From the NCBI GenBank assembly GCA_963805625.1, contig CAWDVE010000019.1, forward strand, positions 256,001 to 320,000: a stretch of DNA of 64,000 nt, in the 5' to 3' direction. Source of the stretch: an uncultured Candidatus Rokubacteria bacterium. Lineage in GTDB: Bacteria > Methylomirabilota > Methylomirabilia > Rokubacteriales > DASRDR01. A model generated the notes under the pieces. It was not told the origin of the DNA and did not search any database. It was given only the letters and a program-made list of their open reading frames with translations. Within the stretch, counting starts at the first letter, position 1. Each line of letters opens with the position of its first letter. Below are positions 9,758 through 19,425 of this stretch, one piece after another. The position numbers were made by a program, and so were the translations under genes.

Positions 9758-10567
9758 CTACGGGCCGAAGTACAGGCCGCCATTGACATCGACGGTCGCG
9801 CCGGAGACGTAGCCGCCCTGGTCGGAGCAGAGGAGCGCGACGACCCCGGCGATGTCGTCGGGGCGCCCCAGGCGTCCGAGCGGGATGGCATCGAGCAGCG
9901 CCCGGTGCTGCTCGGGCGTCTGGCGCCCCCAGGCGACGGCGTCGATCCGCTCGGTGTTGATGAAGCCCGGCGCGATCGCGTTCACGGTGATCCCGTGTGG
10001 GCCGAGTTCGAGCGCTAGCGTCTTGGTGAGCCCGATCACCCCGCCCTTGGCCGCGGCGTAGTGGACGCCGACGCGATCGCTCCCGCGCCGCGCGGCGATC
10101 GACGTGAAGTTCACGATGCGGCCCGCGCGGCGGGCCTTGAGCGCGGGCACGAAGGCGCGGCAGACGAGGAACGCGGTCGTGAGGTTCGTCGCCAGGATGC
10201 GGGCCCAGTCGACGTCGTCGATCTCCTCGATGGGGAAGGCGCGGGTCGGCAGCCGTGGCAGCTGCTCCTCGTGGCTCGGGGCGACCGGTCCGCCGGCGAC
10301 GTTGACGAGGAAGCTCACGTCGCCGACCTCGCCGAGCACCCGTTTGGCGAGATCCATGACCTCGTGGGGGTCAGCCAGGTCCGCCACGAACGGCTCGGGC
10401 GCCGCCTCGGAGAGCTCCACACAGAGCTGACGCAGGCCGGCCTCGTACACGTCGACCACCGCGAGACGGACGCGCTCCCGGGCCAGGCGCCGCACGACGG
10501 CCTGGCCGATGCCGCTCGCGGCCCCAGTCACGACGGCCACTCGGCCCTCCAGTCCGGTCAGTCGCAT
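9758..10567 (-). CDS. SDR family oxidoreductase (FabG-like)
   Basis: TGAASGIG, YAAAKGG, VNAIAPG, DVNGG motifs; GAAGGAG RBS. Confidence 0.92.
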   Translation of the reverse strand: MRLTGLEGRVAVVTGAASGIGQAVVRRLARERVRLAVVDVYEAGLRQLCVELSEAAPEPFVADLADPHEVMDLAKRVLGEVGDVSFLVNVAGGPVAPSHEEQLPRLPTRAFPIEEIDDVDWARILATNLTTAFLVCRAFVPALKARRAGRIVNFTSIAARRGSDRVGVHYAAAKGGVIGLTKTLALELGPHGITVNAIAPGFINTERIDAVAWGRQTPEQHRALLDAIPLGRLGRPDDIAGVVALLCSDQGGYVSGATVDVNGGLYFGP

Positions 10568-10664
10568 GCGCGCTCCTTCAGCGGGTGCCTGTCCGCCTGC
10601 TGTATCGGCTTCACCTCGCACCGGACTTCGGCCGCCCGCACGGGCGAATGGACCGCGCGACCAG

Positions 10665-11642
10665 TCACTCGATGACCCGATCCGCGCGCGCGAGCACCGA
10701 CGCCGGGATCGTGAGCCCCAGCGTCTTCGCGGTCTTCATGTTGATCACGAGCTCGAACACGGTTGGCTGCTCGATCGGCAAGTCGGCGGGCTTCGCGCCC
10801 TTGAGGATCTTGTCGACGTACCTGGCCGCCCTCCGGTTCATGTCCTTGAGGTTCGGGCCGTAGGACATCAGGCCGCCGGCGTCGGGGAATGCTCGGTGCT
10901 CGTACACGGCGATCAACCGATTCTGCGCCGCGAGATCGATCAGCTGCCGGCGGTAGGTGTTGAAAACCGGCGAGGCGAGAACGATGAGGGCTTCGGCGTC
11001 TGCTTTCCTTGCCGCCTCGATCACGCCGCCAAACTCCTCGGGACGGCCCACGCTGAGGACCTGCAGCCGGAGTCTGAGAGAGGGCGCCGCTGCTTGCGTG
11101 GCGCCCAGGTCCGGGGTATGTGCTGCCGGGTCACTCAGGACTGCCACGCGCTCGATCTTGGGCAGGACCTCCCTGAGCAACTCCAGTCGCTTCGCGCTGA
11201 TCTCGGTGTTGAGCATGGACAGCCCGGTGACGTTCCCACCTGGCCGGGCCAGGCTCGAGACCAGACCGGTGGCGACGGGATCGCCCACGGCGGGCAGGAC
11301 GATGGGGATCGTACTCGTGGCACGCTTGGCGGCCTGTGCCCCCGGCGTGCCGCCACCAGCGACGATGAGATCCACCTTCAGGCGGACCAGCTCCGCGATG
11401 AGCGCCGGGTAGCGCTCGGGTCGGCCCTCTGCATAGCGCCATTCGATGAGGATGGTTTGGCCTTCGACCCAGCCGAGCTCGGCGAGGCCGCGACGCAGGG
11501 TGTCGGCCAACTCCGGGCTGGCCGCCGAGCCTGAGGACATGACCCCGATGCGCGGGACCTTCCCTGCCGGCTGCGCCTGTGCGGCGAGCGGGGCCGCCAC
11601 GGCGGCGAGGGCCTCTCCGATGAACGCTCGCCGCGAGATCAC
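10665..11642 (-). CDS. ABC transporter substrate-binding protein (ABC_sub_bind, putative Trp/Tyr type)
   Basis: SRRAFI leader; SSLARPGGNVTG, GGLMSYG, ILKGAKPADLPIEQPT motifs; ends ARADRVIE. Confidence 0.92.
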   Translation of the reverse strand: MISRRAFIGEALAAVAAPLAAQAQPAGKVPRIGVMSSGSAASPELADTLRRGLAELGWVEGQTILIEWRYAEGRPERYPALIAELVRLKVDLIVAGGGTPGAQAAKRATSTIPIVLPAVGDPVATGLVSSLARPGGNVTGLSMLNTEISAKRLELLREVLPKIERVAVLSDPAAHTPDLGATQAAAPSLRLRLQVLSVGRPEEFGGVIEAARKADAEALIVLASPVFNTYRRQLIDLAAQNRLIAVYEHRAFPDAGGLMSYGPNLKDMNRRAARYVDKILKGAKPADLPIEQPTVFELVINMKTAKTLGLTIPASVLARADRVIE

Positions 11643-12610
11643 TCGATGACCTCATCTGCTCGTGCAAGCACGGACGACGGGATGCTGAGGCCGAGCGCCT
11701 TCGCGGTCTTCAAGCTTACGACGAGCTCGAATTTCGTTGGCTGCTCGACCGGGAGGTCAGCCGGTTTCGCGCCCTTGAGAATCTTGTCCACGTAGGTGGC
11801 GGCCCGCCGGAACTGATGGCGGTAGTCCGCCCCATAGGACATGAGCCCGCCGGCACCGATGACGAATTCCCGCTGAGGGTAGATGGTTGGCAACCGGTAC
11901 TTGGTCGCGAGTTCGACGAGTCGGGCTCTGTGCACATAGAAGAATGGCGACCCCAGGACAATCAGGGCCCCCGCGTCATTCTTGCGTGCCCCGGCGAACG
12001 CGGGTTCGAATCCAGCCGCGCGGTCGCCCACCTTCAGCACCTGAACACGCACGCCCAGCGACCGAGCCGAGGCCTCCGAGGTGCTCACCTGGCTGGGATC
12101 GCCCGCGGAGTCCCAGAGTACGCCCACGCGAGAGACCCGGGGGAGGGTTTCCTTCAGGAGCTCCATCCACTTCCCGGGCAACTCGCCAGATAGGGACGTC
12201 AACCCCGTGACGTTCCCGCCGGGCCGCGCGAGGCTCGCGACGAGGCCGACCCTCACGGGGTCGTTGGAGACCGGCATGACGATGGGGATGGTGGTGGTGG
12301 CGCGCTTCGCCGCCTCCACGGCGCCTGCTCCGGCGACAATGACGTCCACCTTGAGGCGAACCAGGTCGGAGGCAAGGCCCGGGAACCGTTCGTCTCGTCC
12401 CTCCGCCCATCGGTATTCGATGCTGATGTTACGCCCCTCCTCGTAGCCAAGCTCCCGGAGGCCCTGCCGGAACGCGTCGAGGAGGGGATCGGGCGGCGAG
12501 CCGGGGCGAAGGATGCCGATGCGAGGGTTCCTTCCCGCCGGCTGCGCGTCTGCGGCAAGCGGCGCGGCGAGAAGACCGAGGGAGCCCGCCAGCCAGGTAC
12601 GCCGGTCCAC
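11639..12610 (-). CDS. ABC transporter substrate-binding protein (ABC_sub_bind), tandem paralog
   Basis: Same motifs as the neighbour; ends ARADEVIE; TGA overlaps the next GTG. Confidence 0.92.
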   Translation of the reverse strand: MDRRTWLAGSLGLLAAPLAADAQPAGRNPRIGILRPGSPPDPLLDAFRQGLRELGYEEGRNISIEYRWAEGRDERFPGLASDLVRLKVDVIVAGAGAVEAAKRATTTIPIVMPVSNDPVRVGLVASLARPGGNVTGLTSLSGELPGKWMELLKETLPRVSRVGVLWDSAGDPSQVSTSEASARSLGVRVQVLKVGDRAAGFEPAFAGARKNDAGALIVLGSPFFYVHRARLVELATKYRLPTIYPQREFVIGAGGLMSYGADYRHQFRRAATYVDKILKGAKPADLPVEQPTKFELVVSLKTAKALGLSIPSSVLARADEVIE

Positions 12611-12651
12611 TACTCGATCACCATTCCTTCAAGTGTTTCTCGGACTCGGGC

Positions 12652-13473
12652 TCACGCCATGTACCCGGCGCCGTTGACGTCGAGCGTCACGCCCGTCATG
12701 TAGCTCGTCTCGTCGGTGCAGAGGGCGACCACGAGCCCCGCCACCTCGTCCACGGTGGCAAAGCGGCCGAGCGGGACGGCGGACGCCATCCCCTCCGGCC
12801 CTCGCTGGTCCCCGATCGCCGCCATGAGGCGCTGCGCCCGCCCGCTCAGGACCACGCCGGGCGCCACGCAGTTGACGCGGACGCCATCGGCCCCGAGCTC
12901 CACCGCGAGCTGACGCGTGAGCGCCATGATGCCGGCCTTGGCCACGGCGTAGGGGCCGCTGCTGCCCTCGCTTCCGGGGGAGAGGCCAACCCGGGCCGCG
13001 ATCGACGCGAAGTTGACGATCGCCCCGCCCGGGGACGCGCGGAGGTACGGTGCGGCGGCTCGCGCGCAGTAGAAGGCACCGTCCAGGTTGACGCCGAGGA
13101 TTGTCCGCCAGTCGCCGAGGCTGCAGTTGGTCAGCCCGACGAACCCTCGCCGGGGTGGTGCCGTCAGGTCCTCGGTGGTGATGCCCCAGCTTCCGCCGAC
13201 GGCGTTGACCAGGACGTCAATCCGGCCGAGCTCGCTCGCCGCGTCCTTCACCATGGCCTCGGCGGAGGTGGGGTCGGCGACGTCCGTCCGGACGCAGCGG
13301 CACCGCCGGCCGGCCGCCTCGATCGCGCGCGTGACCGCCGGGAAGCCAGCCTCGTAGAGGTCGGCCACCACCACGTCGGCGCCGACCCGGGCAAGGCCAA
13401 CAGCGACGGCGTGACCGATGCTGTCCGGCTTGGCGGCGCCGGTGACGATCGCGACCTGGCCGGTGAGCGGCAT
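12652..13473 (-). CDS. SDR family oxidoreductase
   Basis: AIVTGAAKPDSIG, YAVAKAG, VNCVAPG motifs; GGAGG RBS before MPLTG. Confidence 0.9.
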   Translation of the reverse strand: MPLTGQVAIVTGAAKPDSIGHAVAVGLARVGADVVVADLYEAGFPAVTRAIEAAGRRCRCVRTDVADPTSAEAMVKDAASELGRIDVLVNAVGGSWGITTEDLTAPPRRGFVGLTNCSLGDWRTILGVNLDGAFYCARAAAPYLRASPGGAIVNFASIAARVGLSPGSEGSSGPYAVAKAGIMALTRQLAVELGADGVRVNCVAPGVVLSGRAQRLMAAIGDQRGPEGMASAVPLGRFATVDEVAGLVVALCTDETSYMTGVTLDVNGAGYMA

Positions 13474-13490
13474 CGGCGCCTCCATCTGGG

Positions 13491-14348
13491 TCAGCCCAGG
13501 AGCGCTGCGCCACGCGCTCGGCTCGCGGCGCCCACCCACATCTCCTGGACGTGCGGGTCGAGCGCGTCGCGGATCGCGTCGCCGACCAGATTGAACGCGA
13601 TCACCGTCAGAACGAGCGCGGCGCTCGGGAAGACCGTGAGCCAGGGCGCCTCGCGCAGCACGAGCCGGCCGTTATCGATCATGTTGCCCCAGGTCGGGGT
13701 CGGCTCGGTGATGCCCAGGCCGAGGAAGCTCAGCATCGACTCCGTGAGGATCGCCGCAGGGACCAGAAGCGTACAGAGGACGATCACCGGGTCGACGCCG
13801 TTCGGCAGCACGTGGCGCAGGAGGATACGTCCGGTGCTTGCTCCCGCGGCCCGTGCGGCCTCGACGTACTCGCGCTCGCGTACGGCGAGGGCGGCGGCCC
13901 GGGTGACGCGGGCGAACTGCGGGACGTAGCCGAGGCTGATCCCCGCGATGACGGACCCGAGGCCGGGCCCGAGGGCGGTCACGATGGCGAGCGCGAGGAT
14001 CAGCGCCGGGAACGTCTGGAGCACGTCGACGCCCCGCACGAGGAGGTCGCTCGCGGGGCCGCGGAAGTACCCCGCAGTGAGGCCGACGACGGTGCCGGTG
14101 AGGGCGCTGATCGCGACGACGGCGGCGCCGACCGCGAGGGACACCCGCGTGCCCCACACGACCCGGCTCAGGATGTCGCGTCCGAGGCGGTCCGTCCCGA
14201 GAATATGCTCCGCCGAGGGAGCCTTCAGACGGCGGACCACCGACTGCGCAGTCGGGTTCTTCACGGGGAGCATGGGCGCGATGACCGCGATGGCGGCGAC
14301 GATCAGGATGAACAGGCCGCTCAGGAGCACGGGCGCCCGTGTCCTCAC
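13491..14348 (-). CDS. DppC/OppC-type ABC permease
   Basis: HILGTDRLGRDILSR, EREYVEAARAAGA, ESMLSFLGLG motifs; GTGA overlap with dppB. Confidence 0.9.
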   Translation of the reverse strand: MRTRAPVLLSGLFILIVAAIAVIAPMLPVKNPTAQSVVRRLKAPSAEHILGTDRLGRDILSRVVWGTRVSLAVGAAVVAISALTGTVVGLTAGYFRGPASDLLVRGVDVLQTFPALILALAIVTALGPGLGSVIAGISLGYVPQFARVTRAAALAVREREYVEAARAAGASTGRILLRHVLPNGVDPVIVLCTLLVPAAILTESMLSFLGLGITEPTPTWGNMIDNGRLVLREAPWLTVFPSAALVLTVIAFNLVGDAIRDALDPHVQEMWVGAASRARGAALLG

Positions 14349-15277
14349 GTCGCGCGCACCCGGGGGTCGGCCAGCCCATAGAGGAGGTCGACGACCAGGT
14401 TCAGCAGGAGCACCGCGAAGGACGAGATGAGGACCACGCCCTGGATGACAGGATAGTCGCGGGCCAGGATCGCGTCCAGTGCCAGCCGCCCGATGCCCGG
14501 CCGAGTGAACACCGTCTCGGCCACGACCGCGCCGGAGAGGAGGGTGCCGACGTTCAGCCCGATGACCGTGAGGATCGGAATGATGGCGTTCCGGAGCACG
14601 TGGCGCCCGACGACGGCGGACTCGCCGAGCCCCTTCGCGCGGGCCGTGCGGGCGAAGTCCTGGCCCAGCATCTGGAGGATGCTGGCCCGCGTGATCCGCG
14701 AGACGACGCCCGCCAGGAAGAAGCCGGTGGCGATCGCGGGCAGGACGAGCGCGCGCAGCATCTCGCCCAGCGTCGCGCCCGCGCCGGAGGTCGGAAACAC
14801 CCGCCAGTGGAGGCTGAACGCCAGCAGGAGGACGAGACCCCACACGAAGACCGGCACCGAGACGCCGAGCAACGCCCCGACGCTGGCGGCGTAGTCGAGC
14901 CACGTGCCCCGCCGGAGCGCCGCCGCGGCGCCGAGCGGCACGCCGATCGCCGCCGCGACCAGCGTCCCGCCGAGCGTCAGGAGGAGCGTGTGGGGCACGG
15001 CGTCGAGGACGAGTTGGCTGACCGGGGCGCGGAGGGCGAGCGACTGGCCCAGGTCGAGCCGGAAGGCCCCCGCGAGATACGTGACGAACTGCTCGAGGAG
15101 CGGGCGATCCACGCCGAGGTCCCGGCGCAGCGCCGCCACGGCGTCGGGCGTGGCCGCGCTGCCGAGGAGGGCGATGGCGGGGTCTCCGGGGAGGATCCGC
15201 ATCACCAGGAAGACCAGCACCAGTGCCCCGAGCATCGTCGGGACGACCTGGGCGAGCCGCCGGGCGAGATGGCGCAT
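14345..15277 (-). CDS. DppB/OppB-type ABC permease
   Basis: LPGDPA, QDFARTARAKG, RDYPVIQG motifs. Confidence 0.92.
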   Translation of the reverse strand: MRHLARRLAQVVPTMLGALVLVFLVMRILPGDPAIALLGSAATPDAVAALRRDLGVDRPLLEQFVTYLAGAFRLDLGQSLALRAPVSQLVLDAVPHTLLLTLGGTLVAAAIGVPLGAAAALRRGTWLDYAASVGALLGVSVPVFVWGLVLLLAFSLHWRVFPTSGAGATLGEMLRALVLPAIATGFFLAGVVSRITRASILQMLGQDFARTARAKGLGESAVVGRHVLRNAIIPILTVIGLNVGTLLSGAVVAETVFTRPGIGRLALDAILARDYPVIQGVVLISSFAVLLLNLVVDLLYGLADPRVRAT

Positions 15278-15314
15278 GCGCGCTGGCTACCTTGCGGCGG
15301 CCCCCGCGGGCCGG

Positions 15315-15356
15315 TCACTCAATGATCTCATCCGCGCGCGCCAGCATGGATGAGGA
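15315..15356 (-). pseudogene. Orphan 3' tail of an ABC_sub_bind paralog
   Basis: Encodes SSSMLARADEIIE-stop, matching the C-termini SSVLARADEVIE and ASVLARADRVIE of the genes at 10665-12610. Confidence 0.65.
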
Positions 15357-15536
15357 CGAGCCGTGGCGCTCTCAACGAACCTCCCAGTCGGAAGCGAAGT
15401 AGTCCAGCATAGCTCGGGGCGTGGCGACGAGAAAGGCGCGACCTGAGGGAATGCCGGCGAGATCCCGGCGCGGCGCCGCTCCCGCGTCGGAGGGCGCGGC
15501 GCCGGGTCGATGGCCGGGGTCCCACTCCGCTCCGGC

Positions 15537-17072
15537 CTAGTTGAACGTGAGCCGCGTGATGTCGAGGCCCCAGATCGGCTCCAGGTTCGGCATGCCCTGG
15601 AGCTTCGGCGAATGCAGCATCGCCTCGGGACGCATCATCAGCGGGATCATCGGGACGTCCCGCATGAGCTTTCGCTGGATCTCGTGGTACATCTGCTCGC
15701 GCTTCTTGGGATCGAGCTCCCGGCGCGCCGGAATCAAGTCGGCCTCGAGGTTGTACTTGCTGACGGCGATCGCGCCCCCGGTGGGCGTGAAGGCGTCCGT
15801 CAGCCAGATGTCCGGGTCGGGCTGGCGCACGCAGCAGTGGATGGCGAAGTAGACGCCCTGGCCCCGGAACATCCGGCCGAGCCACGTCGGCTGGTCCAGG
15901 AGCTCGAGCTTGACCGTGATGCCGGCCGGCTTGAGCTGCTCGGCGATCACCTCGCCGCCGAGCTTGTTCTCGTCGTAGTTCACCATCGTGATCTCGACCC
16001 CGTTCGGGTAGCCGGCCTCGGCCAGGAGCTGCCTGGCCTTCGCGATGTCGTGCTCGTAGCGCGGCACGCTCTCCGTCACGTACGGGTAGCCCTTGGGGAT
16101 GGGCGAGTACCAGGGCTCGCCGATGCCGTTGTACCCGAGGTCGATCAGCTGCTTCCGGTCGATCGCGTGGGCGATGGCCTGGCGCACCTTGACGTTGTCG
16201 AAGGGCTTGACGGTCACGTTCATCATGAGGACCTGGGGCAGGTTCCGGTGGACGAGCGTCTCCTTGAATCCCGCCCGCTTCAGGCGGTCCGCCACCGCTT
16301 GCTCGCGGATCTGCGAGTAGACCAGGTCGTACTCGCCGTTCTCCAGGCCGATGACCTGGGCGTTCGTGTCGGTGACCGTCCGGAAGACCACCTTCTTGAT
16401 GGCGGGGGCGCCGCCCCAGGACTTCTCGTTGGCCCGGATCACCGACTCGCGGTTAGGGATGCGGCTCTCGAAGACGTAGGGCCCGGTCCCGATCGGGTCC
16501 CAGGCGTAGCCCGCGCCCTTTTCCGCCACCGCCCGCGCGTTGACGATGGGGCCCGCCCGGTAGGGCGTGAGGAGGTACAGGAACCCGGCGTACGGCTCCT
16601 TGAGGACGAGCTTCACCGTGTAGTCGTCGACGACCACCGTCTCCTTCAGCATGCGCATGCTGCCGGCGAACGGCGATTTGGTCGCCGGATCGAGCAGCCG
16701 GTCGAAGGAGCCCTTCACGTCGGCGGCGGTGAACTTGCCGTAGCCCTTGTGCCACTCCACGTCCCGCCGGAGCTTGAAGGTGTACTCGAGGCCGTCGCGG
16801 GAGACCGTCCACGACGTCGCCAGGTCCGGCTCGAACTCGATGCTGTTCGGCTTGAACTTGACGAGCGCGTTGTAGATGTTGCGGTTGAAGATGAGGTCCT
16901 GCGTCGTGATCGCGAAGTGCGGGTCCAGCGTGGCCTGGTGCACCGCGGCGACGACGGAGAGCGTGTCCTTCGTCGATTTCTGTGCGACGGCGGGCGGCGA
17001 GACGACGGCTCCGACGGCGAGGACGGTGAGGGCCAGGACCACGCGGCCAGCGAACGGGCCGTTCCACCTCAT
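15537..17072 (-). CDS. ABC transporter substrate-binding protein, family 5
   Basis: Signal peptide; TLDPH, DLATSWTVSRDGLEYTFKLR, PIGTGPY, PFDNVKVRQAIAHAIDR motifs. Confidence 0.93.
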   Translation of the reverse strand: MRWNGPFAGRVVLALTVLAVGAVVSPPAVAQKSTKDTLSVVAAVHQATLDPHFAITTQDLIFNRNIYNALVKFKPNSIEFEPDLATSWTVSRDGLEYTFKLRRDVEWHKGYGKFTAADVKGSFDRLLDPATKSPFAGSMRMLKETVVVDDYTVKLVLKEPYAGFLYLLTPYRAGPIVNARAVAEKGAGYAWDPIGTGPYVFESRIPNRESVIRANEKSWGGAPAIKKVVFRTVTDTNAQVIGLENGEYDLVYSQIREQAVADRLKRAGFKETLVHRNLPQVLMMNVTVKPFDNVKVRQAIAHAIDRKQLIDLGYNGIGEPWYSPIPKGYPYVTESVPRYEHDIAKARQLLAEAGYPNGVEITMVNYDENKLGGEVIAEQLKPAGITVKLELLDQPTWLGRMFRGQGVYFAIHCCVRQPDPDIWLTDAFTPTGGAIAVSKYNLEADLIPARRELDPKKREQMYHEIQRKLMRDVPMIPLMMRPEAMLHSPKLQGMPNLEPIWGLDITRLTFN

Positions 17073-17124
17073 GGTGGGAGTCCTCCTCGGGATGCTCGGA
17101 TGACCGCGTTGGGCGTCGGGCGCC

Positions 17125-18273
17125 TCACGGGAACTCGGCCCGCAGGGCGGGCATGACCTCGCGCGCGAACATGGTCATGTTCTTCGTTGCCAGCTCGTGG
17201 GGCATGCTGCCGATCTGGAAGATTCCCTGGACGATGCCGCACCTGGTCTGCTTCAGGACCTCCCGCATGCGGTCGCGGACGGTGGCGGGGCTCCCGACCA
17301 CCGCGTACATCCCATCCTCGACCTCGCTCCAGGAGGTGAGCGCGGTGACGAACTTGCGCTTGGGGCCCGCCACCCGCATGAGCGACTCCACCGACGTGTG
17401 CCCGGGCGGGTGCATGAACTCGCGCGGCATGCGGAGGCCCTTCTTGGCGAGGTACCAGAAGTGGGGCTCGAACTCGGCGCGGGCCCGGGCGTCGGTCTCG
17501 GCGACGTACACGAGGACGGGCCAGCCGAGCTGCCCGGGTGGCACCTCGTAGCCGAGTTTCGACGCCGCGTGCTCCCGCAGTAGCTCGTAGTGCTCCTGCA
17601 TCACCTGGTAAGGCGAGAAGGGGAGCGCGATGAAGGGATAGCGCCGCTCAGCGACCCAGCGGATCGTCTCGAGGCTCCCGGAGCCCGGGATCCAGATCGG
17701 CGGGTGGGGTGCCTGGAGGGGACGCGGCCAGACGTTCACGAACCGGAAGTCGTAGTGCTTCCCCTCGAAGTGGAAGGGGCCGGGCCGGGTCCATGCCTCC
17801 ACGATCAGGTCGTGGGCCTCGCGATACCGCTCCCGGAAGAAGGTGGGGTTGACCTCGTAGGCGTAGGCCTCGACGCCGAGCCCCACCACCATGCCGGCGA
17901 TGATCCGGCCGCCCGACAGGACGTCGAGCATCGCCAGCTCCTCGGCCACCCGGAGCGGGTGGTCGTAGAGCGGCAGCGCGTTGCCGAGGATCAGGATCTT
18001 GACCAGGCTGGTGCGCTGGGCGAGGCAGGCCGCGATGATGTTGGGCGAGGGCATGAGGCCGTAAGCGTTCTGGTGGTGCTCGTTCACGCCGACCGCGTCG
18101 AAGCCGAGCGTTTCGGCGAGCGTGAGCTGGTCCAGATACTCGTTGTAGAGGACCCGACCGCGTGCGGGGTCGTAGAGGCTGTTCGGTAGGGTCAGCCAGG
18201 CCGACTCGTAGTGCTGCTCGAAGTCGGCCGGCAGGTGCGGCCACGGCATGAAGTGGAAGCAGACGAAGAACAT
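17125..18273 (-). CDS. LLM-class (luciferase-like) flavin-dependent monooxygenase
   Basis: VNEHHQ, PLRVAEELAMLDVLSGGR, PRPLQAPHPPIW motifs. Confidence 0.92.
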   Translation of the reverse strand: MFFVCFHFMPWPHLPADFEQHYESAWLTLPNSLYDPARGRVLYNEYLDQLTLAETLGFDAVGVNEHHQNAYGLMPSPNIIAACLAQRTSLVKILILGNALPLYDHPLRVAEELAMLDVLSGGRIIAGMVVGLGVEAYAYEVNPTFFRERYREAHDLIVEAWTRPGPFHFEGKHYDFRFVNVWPRPLQAPHPPIWIPGSGSLETIRWVAERRYPFIALPFSPYQVMQEHYELLREHAASKLGYEVPPGQLGWPVLVYVAETDARARAEFEPHFWYLAKKGLRMPREFMHPPGHTSVESLMRVAGPKRKFVTALTSWSEVEDGMYAVVGSPATVRDRMREVLKQTRCGIVQGIFQIGSMPHELATKNMTMFAREVMPALRAEFP

Positions 18274-18274
18274 C

Positions 18275-19066
18275 CTAGCCGTCCAGGAAAGCGAGCACGA
18301 GCTCGGCGAAGCGCTCGGGGTGCTCGAAGGGCGGGAGGTGTCCGCAGCGGTCGAGGATCTCGAGCCGCGCGCCCGGGATGCCGCGCGCGTATGCCTCGCC
18401 GTAGGCGAGCGGGATCAGCCGGTCCTCGCGGCCCCACACGACGAGCGTCGGCGCGCCGACCCGCCAGAGCCGGCCCGTGAGCTTCCGGTACTGCTGGGCC
18501 GGATTCCACAGGAGCCGGGCCGCCGCCTCGCGGCCGCGCAGCACCGTTTCGAGCCGCTCCGGCGGTGGCGCGTCGGGCATGATTGCCTTGGCGACCGGCG
18601 ACGCGGGGTCGTGGAACATGAGTTCCCGCACCTTCGGCGGCGGCATCATGAACGGGTTGCCCATCGGCACGCCCGGCACTCGCACGCCCGCCGCGTCGAC
18701 CAGCACCAGGCGGTTCACGCGCGCCGGGTGGCGGAGCGCCAGCTCGGCCGCGAGCCAGCCGCCCAGGGACAGGCCGACCACGTCGACCCGGTCGACGCCG
18801 AGGGTGTCCAGCACGTCGAGCGTGTGAAAGACCAGGTCCTCCATCGTCTCGATTGCGTCGAGTCCCTCGGAGGCGCCGAACCCCGGGTGCACGGGCAGGA
18901 GGATCCGGCGACGCACGGCGAGAAGGTCGTGGACGGGCATCCACCAGAACGTGCCGGCGCCGTGGAGGTAGAGGAGCGGCCGTCCGGAGCCCCCCTCGAA
19001 CAGCTGGATGCGGCGGCCGTGGACGGTGAGCGCGCGCTCGTGACCGCGCGAGGCGACGGCTTCCAC
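18275..19066 (-). CDS. Alpha/beta-fold hydrolase
   Basis: YLHGAG, PGFGAS, GLSLGG nucleophile elbow, WGRED and CGH triad elements. Start approximate. Confidence 0.9.
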   Translation of the reverse strand: MEAVASRGHERALTVHGRRIQLFEGGSGRPLLYLHGAGTFWWMPVHDLLAVRRRILLPVHPGFGASEGLDAIETMEDLVFHTLDVLDTLGVDRVDVVGLSLGGWLAAELALRHPARVNRLVLVDAAGVRVPGVPMGNPFMMPPPKVRELMFHDPASPVAKAIMPDAPPPERLETVLRGREAAARLLWNPAQQYRKLTGRLWRVGAPTLVVWGREDRLIPLAYGEAYARGIPGARLEILDRCGHLPPFEHPERFAELVLAFLDG

Positions 19067-19425
19067 CGCGCTCAGCTCGCTCCCCGGGATCCGGCCGGGA
19101 TGCCGTCCACGACTTTCGTGTCCGGGAGCGCCTGACGGATGGCGAGCGCCGGACCGCGAAGGAGCGGGGGGCACGCGAGGGAGGACGCGAGCTGGATCAC
19201 CGGCGCTTTCCTCTCGAGGCTCAGCGTGCCGCCTACCATATCACACGGCCCGCAGCGCGCCCGGCCCGGCGTCGCCGAAGCGCCTCGCCCCGGCTATACT
19301 GCGCCCCAGCCAGGTCGAAGGCCGCCGCACCCGGCATCGGGCCGAAGGCCGCCCGGCCGGCCGCAGGCGCGGGCGCGCTGGCGGAGCTGGAACGACCGGC
19401 TGATCTCTGGAGAGGTGGTGACGTC

